Assembly: GCA_900617105.1 (NCBI GenBank)
Contig: UYFQ01000638.1
Coordinates: forward strand, 1-42,162
From: Hydrurus foetidus
Taxonomy: Eukaryota
DNA: 42,162 nucleotides
Direction of reading: 5' to 3'
Shown: piece after piece, positions 24,601 to 38,754 of the stretch
Numbering within the stretch: the stretch's first letter is position 1
How the letters are laid out: each line of letters opens with the position of its first letter
Notes under the pieces: generated by a model
Seen by the model: only the letters and a program-made list of their open reading frames with translations
The model's database searches: none
What the model was told of the DNA's origin: nothing
Made by a program: the position numbers and the translations under genes

Positions 24601-26836
24601 ATTCAGATGCAACGGAGTCTTGCAAGGAAGTGGAAGTAGTCACTAGCATGGTGAAACAAATCAATTTCGGAGATCTCTGGGTGATGCTGTGCGAATGTTT
24701 GGACCTAGTAAGGGACCTGGAGGGAATAGTGGATGTCGCTCCGGACACAGAACCCTCATCCTCCTCTTCTTCTTCTTCTTCGTCAGCTATGAAGAGAGGT
24801 AGGGCGGAGCGCTTAGAGAGGCAGAGACTATCTTCAAGTGAACTCACTCGACCCAGACCAACTGGATCCTCCATCGCTTCCTCAACCTTAGCCAGAGCTC
24901 GCTCAAGGGCAACAAGAGGGGCGGAGAGCGATGCACGTGATAACGATGGCGAGGGGGAGGAGGATGGGATGGAGCTGTCCTTGTCGGCACTGACTATGCG
25001 CTTCATGCCCCTCATAGAGTGCTTCCTCACTGTGTGCGGCACTACATCTCTGAGAGTGCCAACACCTGCTAAAGAGGTTTCCGAAGAACACTCCTCTTCC
25101 TCTTCTAGCTCTGCCTCCATGCTATCCCCCTCCTCCTCTTCTGCTAGAGGCAGTGACAGCAGCGCTCTAGGTAAGCGTAAGGCATCTGAAATCAAAGGCA
25201 CTGTTGACACTGCAGGGGCCGACAGAGAGACTGAGACAGAGCCGCCCACCGCTGCTCCCGTAGAACTCACAGAATACCAAAAGTTAGAGGTGCTCCGAGA
25301 AGCTGACGCAGCGGCCATCTCACTAGCCGTGAGGACTCTGTCCGATACGGTCCCTGGGGCCAGATTCAGGAATAATCCAGGGTATCTACTGATGCAGCTC
25401 GAGATGGATGAGACGTCCCCTGCTGCGCCACTACTGCTTCGCTTTGCAGATAGGAACAGAATACTGTTGAACATGGTGCTTAGGAACAACGTGCATCTTC
25501 TGGAGTCCTCCTTCTCCGCCTTGGTCACTGTGCCTCGCTGCAGACATCTGCTGCACTTCGACATCAGAAGGTGTGCTCCTATACTTCACTCCACTTTTCT
25601 TTCCTCTGCTTCACCGACATGATCGATATCTCTTTCCCCTGCAACATCGTCACTCCATGATTCTTATACTAATCTGCTGCTGAATAATATGCCAGGGCGT
25701 TCTTTAAGATGAAGTTGAAGAGGATGAGGCAAAGCAGCGCAAGGATTATGCACGGATCTCACCGAATATCCGTGAGAAGACAGTTCGTGTTTGACGATTC
25801 CTTCATTGCCTTCAGGAACAAAGGAGCGGACGACATGAGGAGGAGATTGTCTGTTACCTTTGCAGGGGAAGAAGGCATGGATGCAGGGGGACTCACGAGG
25901 GAGTGGTACTCAGTATTGGCGAGGGAGATCTTCAACGCCAACTACGCACTGTTCACCGCCACCTCCGACTCTGTTACCTTCCAGCCCAATGCACAGAGCT
26001 ACATAGTAGCAGATCATCTGGACTACTTCAAGTTCGTTGGCAGAGTGATCGGCAAGGCTATATGTGACGGACAGCTGCTTGACGCGCACTTCACCCGGTC
26101 CTTCTACAAGCACATCCTTGGCCAGCCAGTGAGCTACCATGACCTTGAGGGCATCGAGCCGGAGTACTACAAGAGTTTGAAACAAATTCTCACCATGCCT
26201 CTCGAGCTGCTGGGACTAGACGACAGCATGACCTTCTCGGCAGAAAGCAATGACTTCGGTCATGTGGAGACGAAGGATCTAGTGGTGAATGGTCGCAACA
26301 TATACGTCACTGACGAGAACAAGTTAGAGTACGTACGACTAGTAGCGCACCACCGCATGACCACTGCTATCCGGAAGCAGATCGACTTCTTCTTAGAAGG
26401 ATTCCATGAACTAGTCCCTCCTGAGTTGATCTCTCTCTTTGACGCTCAAGAGTTGGAGCTGCTCATCAGCGGTCTGCCTGACATCGATCTGGACGATCTT
26501 AGAGCACACACAGAGTACCACGGCTACAAGTCAAGCGACCCGCCTATCAACTTCTTCTGGACTGTATTGAGGAGCTTTTCAAAGGAAGAGAAAGCCCTTT
26601 TCCTGCAGTTTGTGACGGGCACCAGCAAGGTGCCTCTCGAAGGATTCAAAGCACTGCAAGGGGCGGAAGGCGTCAAGAGGTTCAATATCCACAAAGCATA
26701 CGGCACGCATCTCCTGCCCTCCGCACATACCTGCTTCAACCAACTAGATCTCCCCGAATATCTCACTGAGGATGCTCTCAAGGAGAAGCTTCTCATCGCC
26801 ATCAGAGAAGGTTCAGAAGGATTTGGTTTCGCATAG
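7342..26836 (+). CDS. HUWE1: HUWE1/UPL1/Tom1-family HECT E3 ubiquitin ligase (multi-exon)
   Basis: Probable ATG at 7342 (MKIKRG..) with GT-AG introns (e.g. 7478-7643, 7888-7992, 10819-11108). N-terminal armadillo-like DUF908/913-type region, UBA-like LTDMGF, long D/E tract and UBM-like repeats (VWAALPFEMQTELL, YFSLPQQLRQEVL). C-terminal HECT with GMDAGGLTREWY, FLQFVTGTSKVP and LPSAHTCFNQLDLPEY, ending EGFGFA. Exon boundaries are partly inferred. Confidence 0.93.
21655..21766. repeat. Compound (CT)n/(CA)n microsatellite in a HECT-gene intron
   Basis: tctctctc.. and acacacac.. runs seen directly. Confidence 0.9.
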
Positions 26837-28390
26837 GAATGTTAATGGTGTTATGAAGTTGGTACACGGGTGGCCAATGTGATCTCTACAGTCAACATCG
26901 GAGCTGTATTGGCTTCTAACCATATCTTGACCAGATGGTTTAGGGTTAGAGACGATGTCATCCATATTGTGTAGATTGAGATCATAAAGCCGCGCCGAAG
27001 CAAATTTCATCGTTAGGCCACAGTGTCGTCATAGATGACTGCTGCAGCACGCAAAAAGAAAAAAGCCATAGAAGACGCGATGTTCTGAAGAATTCAATTG
27101 TGTAAGAAAGACGTTTTGTTAATGAATGCACATAATTTAAATATAAATACATCGATCTCGTAATCATTCGTGATAATCCTTTCTTAACTAATGGTTGGCA
27201 AAGAAACTTTAATTCCGTACTATTTGCAATATTCAAACTATGCTGGTACTTCTCGTGCACAGCTATTCACGGCAACGTCAAACAGTTTCATCTCTCGCCT
27301 CCCAAGAGACAAGCCTCCAATATTTCTTTTTCTGTTGCAAAAGAATTCAAGGATGAATATTCCGCAGGTACAGAAATCTGCCGTGAACTATGAGTGCATC
27401 GACCAGGATAAGACAAACTCATTTTGGGGCGTCAACTACGTAATTAAGTGGAAATGCTTGCTTCCAAGAATAATCGTTGATAAGAAATATAAAATGGAAC
27501 GGACCGGTTCACATAGTGTGCAATATGATATTAATTGTCAAACAATAGCGAAAAGTCACTATCTCATCTTGACGGGTCGTCATTTCTTGCGAGTAGCTCC
27601 TTTTGAAAATAGTCTTGAGCTACGAAGCCGATTCAAATGAAGAGACAAAGGTATCAGACGGTCACGATGAAAGAAGTGGTCGTAGTCAGAAATGCACCAA
27701 GAAGCAAAACTTACCAAATTTTTCAATGTTCTGTGGATTCTCCCGTAGAATTTCCCGAGTCAAATTCCGAAGTATTTCGGGGAAGTCAGCTGGCACCTCA
27801 AAATCCTTCGAGTATTTAATTGCTGATTGAGGTTCATCGGCGTTGTTCATGACTCTCAATCACCTCATGCGGAGAGAACAACGTCAATGAAGTAGGAAAA
27901 AGAATAGGCGATATCTGACATCAGTGTGACAGTCTCGTCGAGTCTGCAGACACTTCACTTCTCATTCAATTCACAGACTTCACAGAAAAATTTCTTTCGC
28001 TTCGTCGAAACGGCGACAGTTCCGGATAATTTCGTAATATAGAAGTGCTTTCCATTTTTACGGAGGACGGAGGTCCTCCGTCGGAGGAGTGAGTTGTCCA
28101 AGTTCAGTTCGAGTTCAGGACAAGGGACAAGGGGTATTTAATATTTATTAACCCTCTTGTTCAGGAGATTGGAGTACTGCTATCTGCTAACTGCGGACTG
28201 CCGCCTACAGCAGTGGCAGCTTTCTATCTGCTTTCAGCTACCTTTGTACTGCACAAAGATTGCGGGTCGCGAGCAGCACTTTAGCATTCGAGCTGAGAAA
28301 GGGGGCGCCTACAACGCCCGCAGCTTGAGCACCACTATAACAGTATCGCGTACTGGAATACTTTCAGTCCTGTGTAGGGTATTATCGACT

Positions 28391-30195
28391 ATGTTAAGAT
28401 CTTGCAGTAACTTCTGCCTCAGATTTGCCTGCTTCCTACGTAAGGGCTCAACATTGTATTTCGAAAAATCCGGCATCGTCGTGGTAATCGATGACGAAAT
28501 CCTTGGAGAGGGAGGATTCAGCACTGTCTACAAAGCGTCATCGAAAAAAGATAATTCTAGCAAATACGCTGTGAAAAGGGTTCTTGTCCAGACTGACGAT
28601 ATTCATAAGGCAGTTTTAGCTGAAATAAAATCATTGAGCACATTTCATCATGCCAATATAATAAAAATGATAGACTCATTGGAAAATTGCGATCGCTCAA
28701 ATAATCGGGTGGTCTTTTTACTGTTCCCTCTCATGAGGAGAGGGACCTTGCGACACGTCCTTAACGAAAGAGTTGATGATCAACAGAGAAAGAATCTGGA
28801 TCTAGCAAAAATTGTGGGCGACTTTAAGGCGATCTGTCTTGCCTTCAACTATATGCATACTTTCGCTCCAGTTCGTTACATTCACCAAGACATAAAACCT
28901 GAGGTTTGTCGATCGATGCTCTACCAATCACATATGCATCAAAGGATTCTATCTATAAATCACCAACAGTAGAAAGTTTAAGACTGTGTGATAACCAGTA
29001 AAACTATTTTTCCCTCTGGTATTTAGAACATCCTTATATCTGATGACGGTACCCCACTGCTGACTGACTTCGGATCAGTGAGAGTCGCTGAAATATTCAT
29101 CGATTCGAGGAACAAGGTGAGTTCTTCTCATAGCTTGGATTCTGAAATAAATTTGTGTCGATCATATGGAGTGCTTGAAAATGTTTACTTCAAACTCTAC
29201 GGTTGATCCTTTCACTGCAATCAGCTGCAAACCTTGCAATGTAATGTAAACCTTGCAATAAAGCGATCATCTGTGCTTACTCATTGTCTCTATTACTCAT
29301 GACATGAAGGCCTTGATAATTGCGGAGGAGGCTGCTCAGTTCTGCAGTCTGCCCTATAGGGCCCCGGAACTCTTCGACCCACCCACCAACACCACACTAG
29401 ACAGCAGGTGAGCACTACCGCATAGAGATAAAGATAGAGATCAACGGATTGAGGATATGAACGACTAGAATTGTTGACAGTGCAGAGCTTCTTGATGCTG
29501 TTTTGAGAGATAAAGTGCACTTGACTGGATTGCGGCAAAGTAGGGTAGAATAGAATAGAATACAGCCCTTTGGTTGCGAAAACACAGCAACGAGAATTTG
29601 TTACGCTGCTGATACCAGAATTGTCTATATGGCTGTCACGTAACACTTATCAGTTCATGCTCCAAGTGAGACGCCACACTATGGACTTGACTTCAGTCGA
29701 TCTTACGACATGTCTCTCTGCCTGCCTTCATCCGTCTTTCTTCCTTCCAGTCCATCCATCTATAGCAGCTGCCATCCCTGGATTTCAATGCCATCGATTA
29801 CATGAATATTTGTCGTTTCTACGCAACACAGTAACTCTCACGCATGAACAATTCTCATGTATGAACTGTCTCCTTCCTCCCCTCCCTCCCCCGTAACCTC
29901 AATCAACGCATTCAATAGGACTGACGTGTGGGGCATGGGGTGCCTTCTGTACGCCTGGTGGTTCCACTACTCGCCTTTCGAGTGCGAATTCTCCTCTGGG
30001 AACATGCCGCGTGTCGTAGAATGTTCCTACACGAGAGTTCTGTCAAAAATCCCATCTCCCCCAACCCCCTCGGAAAATGATAAAATAATTATTGAATTGG
30101 TGGAATGGATGCTGGTTCACGACATGCACAAGCGGCCCTTCAGCTCCGATGTGATTGCTCGAATGAGCTCTATCTTGACCCCATCTATGGCATAG
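28391..30195 (+). CDS. STK16/MPSK1-like (NAK family) Ser/Thr kinase
   Basis: Exons 28391-28903, 29027-29116, 29310-29407 and 29919-30195 join in frame. Motifs LGEGGFSTVY, YAVKR, HQDIKPENIL, DFGS, AAQFCSLPYRAPELFDP and RTDVWGMGCLLY; Cys-rich N-terminus. Confidence 0.88.
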
Positions 30196-30527
30196 TCTGC
30201 ATCGGTTTAGTGCAGTGCCACGTACATGTCACAATGCGATACCCTCTACTTCATCATTTATTTGCGAATCTCTAAGATTACTCACGTCACTTTTTAAAAG
30301 TATTGGTTTTATCCTCGTTTACATACTATCTGAACCTTCCTGAACAACATGTGTACCGTACCGTACGTTCCTAGAAGAACGGGGGACGTCATCGAATCGG
30401 AAGCATCCATAGCCATAGCCCATAGCCATAGCCGTCGAGGAAGCCTGAAGTCAAATGTCGCTTCGATATAATGAGGCTGCATTAGGAGAATCTGCGTCAC
30501 TAAAGTAGCAGGAAGCACCGTTACATT

Positions 30528-31821
30528 ATGTCTTTCGCTCATCTTCTTCCCCCTGGTTACAAAGCCGAGATAGCTCGATGGGTTCATGAAGATTGTCCGA
30601 CGACCGACATCGGTGGGTTCGTTGTCGGAGAAAAAGTTGAGGTTGCGCATCTACTGTGTAAATCTTCAGGCGTTCTCGCTGGGGTTCCATTTGCAAATGC
30701 TGTTTTTGACCTGCTTGAACTGAAAGTAGAGTGGTTCTTCGAGGAAGGCGCCTTTCTTGATATCAACACAGTTGAGAGCAAAAAAGTTATCGTCGCACAT
30801 GTAACTGGGAAATGTCGAAACATCTTGCTCGCAGAAAGAACGGCATTGAACATTATGAGTAGAGCCGCAGGAGTAGCAACCCAAGCCCGAACGGCTGTGA
30901 CAATTGCAAGGGAAGCTGGCTGGAAAGGTTATGTGGCAGGAACGAGAAAAACCACACCAGGATTCAAGATGGTAGAAAAGTACGCCCTTGTTGTTGGTGG
31001 TGCTGCCACTCATCGGCAAGATCTCTCGCAGATGGTAATGTTGAAGGATAATCACATCTGGTCCGCAGGGAACATTCCAGCAGCAGTTCACAAAGCGAGA
31101 CAGGCTGCAGGATTTTCGATGAAAATTGAGGTGATTCGGTATAAGTTAGCAGTAGAGTAGGAGGCTCGATTGCATTCTTGGCTCTAATGTCTGCTAGCGT
31201 GTCGTATAGCTGTTGGATAATGAAATTTCTTGTTCGAGCTGAGCTTTTACCTGACGAGGATAATTCTATCGTCCAGGTTGAGTGTCAAAGTGTTGCTGAA
31301 GCATTGGAAGCGTGTGGTGCGGGCGCTGATATAATCATGTTAGACAATTTTACACATGAGACAATTGGAGCTGCTGCTGCAGAAGTCAAGGCTGCATATC
31401 CTCATGTGTTGGTAGAGGCTAGTGGGGTGAGTTGCGGAACATAAAAAGCTGACCTAGTAGTAGCTGGATTTTCCCGCTTGATATCAACACCTTGACTTAT
31501 CTGTGTGCAACATTTGATAGTATGACTGTGCTCTACTTTACAGGGTATCAGTGAGGAGGCGATGCACTTGTACATGCATCCCAGCGTAGACATAATCAGT
31601 AGGGGCTCACTAACTCAGGGTAAGGTTTCACTTTTACTCGTGTGCGAGTCTGCATCGCATCGAATTGTTGATCTGATTTCACAGAGACGTTCCAGTCCTA
31701 CGCAATATTTCCTGACAATGCTGTATTTAATGATGCACTCACATTATCTCACAATGACATATTTGACCCAACAGGTTACAGTTGCGTCGATTTCTCACTG
31801 AAGATATCGAAGTCTATCTGA
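30528..31821 (+). CDS. QPRT: Quinolinate phosphoribosyltransferase (nicotinate-nucleotide pyrophosphorylase)
   Basis: Exons 30528-31130, 31277-31426, 31544-31619 and 31775-31821. Motifs ERTALN, AGTRKTTPG, HRQDLS, MLKDNH, KIEVEC, IMLDNF, EASGGI and DFSLKI. Confidence 0.95.
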
Positions 31822-32089
31822 GCGTTTTCAGCTCGTCTTACATCTCACCACATATGCATTATCGGGAGAAGCTGCTGAATCACAGCTTCTGTTTGTCACC
31901 TCTCCTCATAAATAGTAAATTTCAACTCTACTATCAACGATTAAACAGCTCTCTTCCACTTCAAACCCGATGCATCGATCTAAATTGGGGCTACTCGAGT
32001 GGTACATTTATCATGAGAGAGGCAACTGGATAATCACATTTTACAATGGTCTTTTTATAAGGCGAACAAATGTGTAGTATAAGTCTATT

Positions 32090-33383
32090 CTATGCTAGTA
32101 ACCCCGCTCTGACGGGCGGCATATCGGGATATAAGCTGTCATTCTTGTTCGGTCCGGTTGAAACAGAGTAGCAGTCGTGCATCCAGGTGAATATAGGGGC
32201 CGATGAAGTACTGGCGTTCTGAAAATTAGGACATATCGATGAAGTAATTGAAATAGGAATCAGTGGATAGAAACATGTACAGCGACACAAAAGCGAGGGC
32301 ACAGTGTTTTTGAAGAATGTCATGCGTACTAACCAGAACAGCCGTGGCGATGTCCAGGGCTTCGAAATGACCTCCTAGGGACGTATTAAATCCGCAGCAC
32401 GCTCCGGTATGATTAACAGCCACAGAAAATGTACTAGAGGAGCAGGCCTGCTCTGTCCCTGTGGCATCCAGCACAAGAGACTTTCCGATCTTCGTGACAT
32501 GAGAGAACAATATAGAAGGTGAGGTACTTCAAACAGCATATGAGCAATTCAGTTGCAGGTTCTGCTGAGAGGGTGGGTACCTTTGAAGATGAAACGCAGA
32601 TAGGCAGCTCTTTTGCCTTCAACAGTGTCGACTCTCCTAGGTCACCGTTCACTTCGAAATCTTCAGGCATACCCGACTCACCCAAAAATACATCCACTTT
32701 CGGTATTTTCGTGCTATTTAGGGCAACGTATGTTGCAATTGAACAGGCATCTAAAGGATCCCCATCCATTTGTAACACCAAGAGATCAACACAGATGTTC
32801 CAGCAGAACTTTCCTGATATTATGCACAATTCTTTCATATTGAAAGTGTTCGAATTCACGATGAAACTTTGCAGCTGCTGAGCTATTTGAGAACCGTATT
32901 CAAGGAGCTTTCGGTCGTCAAGCTTTAAGTTGCAAGAAGGAGAAAATTCAATTCCTACGTCAAATAATCCACTATCAGGGAATGCAGCGGACGGTTCTGA
33001 TACTTCCACCTGCCGGAGAAAGAAAGATCAAGAAGTGAATCCCATCAACCTATTCATTCAGAAATTCTGATGATGATGAGGGGGAGACAAAAATGTACTC
33101 TCTCACCTTGACGGAGCATAGAATGTCAATAGAATCTGCAACTCTGAGTCGTGACGAGCCATTTACATGAGGCAGAATATTGTTTTCAATCGATATATGT
33201 CGAAAGTCTTTCAGGCCTGTAGAAGTTCATTTCCGCAACAGAAATTCAAGAATCATTGGAAGAGATCGACTCAATAGTTTTCGATAAGGAGCTTTCAATC
33301 GCACCTCTACCATCAAATCTAACATTGACGTCGCAGCCTGCTCGTATGTACTCTTTCTCAGCTGATGAAATGGTTTCAAACAT
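32090..33383 (-). CDS. RRP42: Exosome complex RNase PH-like subunit RRP42/EXOSC7 (multi-exon)
   Basis: N-terminal ISSAEKEYIRAGCDVNVRFDGR, plus LCIISGKFCWNICVDLLVLQMDGDPLDACSIA..ALNSTKIPKV and LVLDATGTEQ. GT-AG introns link the ORF fragments. Confidence 0.85.
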
Positions 33384-33790
33384 GACTTTCTTTAACGAGT
33401 AACGCGGCTGAGCTTCCACAATCTCAGATGATGTCAGCTTCGCACTGCTAACTTTGATTCTTTGGAGAATATGCACAGTTTAGTGCGTAATGCTCAGTGC
33501 TCAGTGGTGAGAGACAAGCAAGGTGATAGATCTGAGCTCAGACCGAGACCGCGATCTCACGCCGCTGTCCTCTCACCTACCGTAAGTACGGCAACACATT
33601 CCCCCGTCAAATTTTGAAATTTCTTCGACTTTTCATTTTTTTTGTGTACACAGACAAAATACTGCAGGAGATGGTTGCCTGAATGGCTACTGTCATCGCA
33701 ATTGCAAAGGTGAGAGGTTTGATCTAAAGAAATCACGAGAGTGCGTGATCTTCAGAGAGGACCGGGCCAGTAGCACCTCTAATAAAGACC

Positions 33791-36700
33791 ATGTCCAAAC
33801 AGGAAGAGGAAGAGGGATTTGGAACCTTCACTGAAAAAGAAGGCGGGAAAGAGAGTACGAAGATATTCGTCAACTCTCATGGACTCACTACAGATGAAGC
33901 TGAAATTCTTCTGAAACAGTATGGTCTCAATAGTCTACCAGAAAAGAACACTCCCCATTGGTACATATTTATATCTCTTCTATGGCAACCCATGCCAATA
34001 ATGATTTGGCTGGCAGCCATCATTGAAGCAGTCATCAGCAACTGGTTCGATATGGGCATCCTCCTTTTCATCCAGTTTGCCAATGCAGGGATCGCTTTTT
34101 ATGAGACCACGAAAGCTGGCGATGCTGTCGCAGCGCTGAAGGCATCTCTGAAGCCAGAGGCCACCGCAAAACGAGATGGAAAATGGACAAAAATGAACGC
34201 TTCCCACCTTGTACCCGGTGATCTTGTACTGCTGGCGTCAGGATCAGCAATTCCTGCTGACTGTCGCCTGAACAGTGGCACTGTCGATGTGGATCAGGCC
34301 CAACTGACAGGCGAATCACTCCCTGTGACAATGCACGAGGGTATGTGAAGTTGATCTCTTCTACCATCGAATCCTTGTCCACAAGATGACTTTTTTCGAC
34401 AACAACTACCAGAATTGGAACAAAATTGCTATCCCAAATAATTTTCCAAAATGTTGTTAATCATATGTTCTCTAAGGTGACACTTGCATGATGGGATCGA
34501 CAGTGGTGAGAGGAGAAACCGAGGGCACAGTGGAGTTCACTGGAGTTGACACTTTCTTCGGCAAAACGGCATCCCTCCTCCAGGTACGAATCACTGCAAC
34601 TAATCGTATACAATGATGTGTGAGTCGAGTCAATGAGAGTCTAATGAGCACGTCTTATACTTAACAGGGGCCAGTGGAGAGCAGCAACTTGACCAACATC
34701 CTCATCGATATCATGATCGTCCTGGTGTGTCTCTCCCTGACCATGTGCACAATAGTGTTCGTGTACTTGCTCTACTCAGACACCACCATCGAGACCGACC
34801 TCTCCTTCACTGTGGTGCTCCTAGTGGCCTCCATTCCCCTCGCTATCGAGATCGTAACCACTACGACCCTCGCACTCGGATCAAAGGAGCTCTCTAAGCA
34901 CGGTGCAATCGTTGCTCGCCTCTCTGCTATTGAGGACATGGCCGGCATGGCTATTCTATGTTCGGACAAGACAGGCACCCTCACTCTGAATCAGATGCAG
35001 CTGCAGGAGGAGACTCCCATCTACGTGGCGGGGGAGACCCAGTACTCCCTGCTACGGTATGCGGCCATGGCGGCCAAGTGGCAGGAACCTGCCAGAGACG
35101 CACTGGACAAACTGACCCTCACAGCCGTGGACATGGCATCTATGAGCACAGTGGTGCAACTCGACTACATGCCCTTCGACCCTATCGTGAAGCGCACCGA
35201 AGGCACGGTGAGAGACACAGTCACTGGCAAGGTGTTCAAGACATCCAAAGGTGCTCCCCATGTTATCGTAGGTCTCTGCAACGACATCAAGATCACAGAG
35301 GCGGTGGAGAAAGATGTCACTAGACTTGGCGAGAGAGGCATTCGGTCGCTGGCAATTGCGATGACGAACGACAAAGGCAAGTGGGTCTTCCTCGGCATGC
35401 TCACCTTCCTGGACCCTCCTAGACCTGACACCAAGAAAACTATCCAAGACGCTCGTCTCTATGGGGTAGAAGTGAAGATGATCACAGGGGACCACTTGCT
35501 GATCGCCAAGGAGACAGCAAGGGTGCTCGAGCTCGGAGATAACATCAGATCTGCGACTGGTCTGCCTCTCCTCGACCCTGTCACCAAACTCAAACCTGAG
35601 AACTTGGGCAGAGATTACGGAGACCTCTGCCTCTCCACCGATGGATTCGCACAGGTGTATCCGGAACATAAGTACCTCATAGTAGAGTGTCTGAGGGAAC
35701 TTGGGTACAAGGTTGGAATGACCGGGGACGGTGTCAATGATGCACCCGCTTTGAAGAGGGCTGACGTTGGAATTGCAGTGTCAGGATCCACCGATGCGGC
35801 ACGAGCAGCTGCTGACATCATCCTCACACAAGAGGGCCTCTCTACCATCATCGATGGCATTCTCATCTCCCGCTGTATCTTCGTGCGTATCAGGAACTTC
35901 ATCACGTACAGAATATCCGCTACACTGCAATTATTAATTTTCTTCTTCATCGCTGTGTTCGCCTTCAAGCCGATTGACTACCAACCCGCTGTGGACCCTG
36001 ACTCCGCTGACTGGCCTACTTTCTTCCACATGCCCGTTATCATGCTCATGCTCATCACTCTTTTGAACGACGGTAAGTCAATCAGAGAGATTAGATTATG
36101 TACCTGACTCCACGACTGACTTACTTACCCACTCACTTTTACCATTAGTCGTCCAGCACCTAACCTCACCGCTCATTTAATGTTCCCATACACACTAACT
36201 GTTATTACTTATATTGCATTGCAGGCACCCTGATCGCCATTGGGTATGATAATGTGATCCCACAGAAGACCCCTGAAGTGTGGAACTTACGCGTACTGTT
36301 CTTCCTGGGAGCAGTGCTGGGTGGTGTGGCTTGCCTCTCCTCTCTGCTGCTGCTCTACGCCCTGTTGACCAGTTGGGATGACGGCAGTTTCTTCCAATTT
36401 CTAGGACTGGGGGGACTGTCTTACGGCCAGATCACCACCTCCATCTACCTAAAGGTCTCTATCTCAGACTTCCTCACCCTCTTCTCCGCGAGGACAGGAG
36501 ATGACTGGTTCTGGACATCCTATCCCGCCCCGATTCTATTTGGTGCCGCCTGCTTCGCCCTTACCAGCTCCACTGTCATCGCCTTGTCGTGGCCTTCGTC
36601 CACCATCGATGGCGTGTACACGTTGGGACTTGCCCGCAGAGCACCGTACCAGTTGGCCGTGTATATTTGGATCTATTGCATCATCTGGTGGTTCGTCCAG

Positions 36701-37179
36701 GTGCGTCCGTCTATCTCTCTGACCGTCTATTCGTCTATCCGCCTGTCTATCTTCTAGTTTGTCTATTAATGTGCCTGTCTGGCTGTTCGTCTATCTGTTA
36801 TTGGGCCTGTCTCTACGTGTGTCTGTCTATCTGTCTGGTAGCATGTCTGTTTGTAATGAAGTCATCCAAGACTCCTGCAACAAGAATCCATAGGTTGGGC
36901 ATGAGATCCATCTTTGGTGCAGTGAGCGTCATTCTCCAAGTGTCTTCAACTTTTACCCTTTCCATCATCTCTACTCTACCTTATTATTTCTTCGACTTCC
37001 TTCTCATTTTCTTTTCTTAGGACTCTATCAAGATCATTTCATTCCGATTCATGAAGTACTTCAATCTGTTCGGCATCAACGACACTGGAGCCGTCGTGCT
37101 CAAGCAGTCTACTCTGGACTTCATCGAGAGAGAGTCGCACTCCGACTCAGCTCACTCCCCTCTGCTGGGCAAGCACTAG
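33791..37179 (+). CDS. Plasma-membrane H+-ATPase (P-type IIIA)
   Basis: Exons approx. 33791-34340, 34477-34583, 34667-36073, 36224-36700 and 37021-37179. Motifs LTGES, CSDKTGTLT, KGAP, DPPRPD, MITGD, TGDGVNDAPALK and ITLLNDG. Confidence 0.95.
36705..36852. repeat. Degenerate (TCTR)n tetranucleotide repeat in the last H+-ATPase intron
   Basis: Repeated gtct/atct/gcct units. Confidence 0.7.
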
Positions 37180-38754
37180 AAGAAAACTAATCCAAACAAT
37201 CCAATTTAATTATTCTATTCTGCAGAAGCACCCACCTGCCTGCATGTAATGTTGACACACAATATTACTACCCTCTAGAAGTCACGCCCTGAAGATAGGC
37301 AGCTGTGTCGCACTGCACTACACTGCACCTCTGGCACGCACAAAGTGACAATATGAGTCGCTTACTTTTGTAGAGCACTACCAGAGATAACTATCTAGCC
37401 AACTATCCATCTATCTATCGCTCTATCTATGTTTGTTTCCGTCTTTCTTCATCTCTATATATCTCGCGTGTCGAGAAAAAATCAGTGAATCTTTCAATTC
37501 GATTTTTTCTGCTGCCTACTGGACCCCTCCACTTCTAGATTGGAGAGTGCAAATCAGTGAGTTTCTCTTTCCCGCAACACTGCGGGAGTGAGATTATTAA
37601 ATTAGTCACTGAGTGAGTTAGTGAGTGATATAACCTGTTGTGATAAAATACTTAACATGAGTCCAATCCAATCCAATCCGAGTCAATTTTATTCAGTGTC
37701 TTTCATCTACAGATTATTAAATTTAATTCTCTCTACGGTACCGCATTTTACTTTGCTTACTTCTAGCTCCCAATAGGAAGTTAGGGACGAAGAGGAGTCC
37801 CTCGAAGTGATATCACAACATCTAATGTCCCGATAGCACTCACCATAATCCCTTTAATACGCCACATACGTATACAGCAGAGAAGATTATTATTGACTTT
37901 CAGCATACGATGAGCTGCACTTGGTGTGGTCTACTTGTGTCACACTGCCGTATCGGCAAATTGTCGACAGTGTCTTGATATCTGTAACACTGCATTGTAG
38001 TTCAATAGATGTGCGCATTTTCGGTGAGCATGAAGTAGCATTAACTCTGCAGTCAGAAGCGCTTCAGGATGCAGCGAGGAGGGTGTGAGTGCCATGGACG
38101 AAGTACCTCACTGGTGTGAAGCGAAACAGAAGGAGAATGAAATGGAACAAAATGAAAATGATAAGAGACCTTCAGCTATACCACTATCCCTTGGAAAGAT
38201 ATAACCGAAGGCTGACGCTCTATGCATTGAGCCAGCAGGTTTGCGTTTTAAACGGAAAGATGGCTGTCGAATTCTTTATTCTTTACTTCTTCTTTTTCTT
38301 CCTTCCTTTTCCTTTTTTGAACCATCCCCTATTAGCCTTTCTTTCAGCCTCAATTGCACCGGCACTCCCTTCATGGTCTTTGTGCTCTTTTAGACTCGCT
38401 GCATAATTACACTGTGTAGTAAATTACGGTTATATTTATCCGGATTAGACCGTGAATTACCGAAACTACTCAGACAGAATAATCATTACAACTGCGTACT
38501 GCCTTTACAGTTTCCCACTGTCTTGATGTTTAAGTTATACTAAAATCAAAACTTTCCAATTATTTGACTTGTTTTATTTACTCTCTGCTTATTTATGAAT
38601 CTGCATGAAATTATTGCTGTTGAAAACACTGAAAATATTAACAATAATGAAGAAGATAAATCCTCGACTAACTTAGCTAATAGATCGGCCGAAACCTCAT
38701 TGTTCAGTATAGTACGCAACTGTGACATTAGCGGTGGACGTGTCGCACCCAGTC

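Noticed and set aside
10060..26802. Many antisense and alternate-frame ORFs over the HECT gene and the H+-ATPase
   Set aside because: These are shadows of long coding exons and low-complexity tracts.
26982..28390. ORFs between the HECT gene and the kinase, including the N-terminal extension of ORF 28157
   Set aside because: No recognisable domains; the kinase most plausibly starts at ATG 28391.
30406..30433. (CCATAG)n repeat upstream of QPRT
   Set aside because: Only about four units, with no evidence of function; not a CRISPR or telomeric array.
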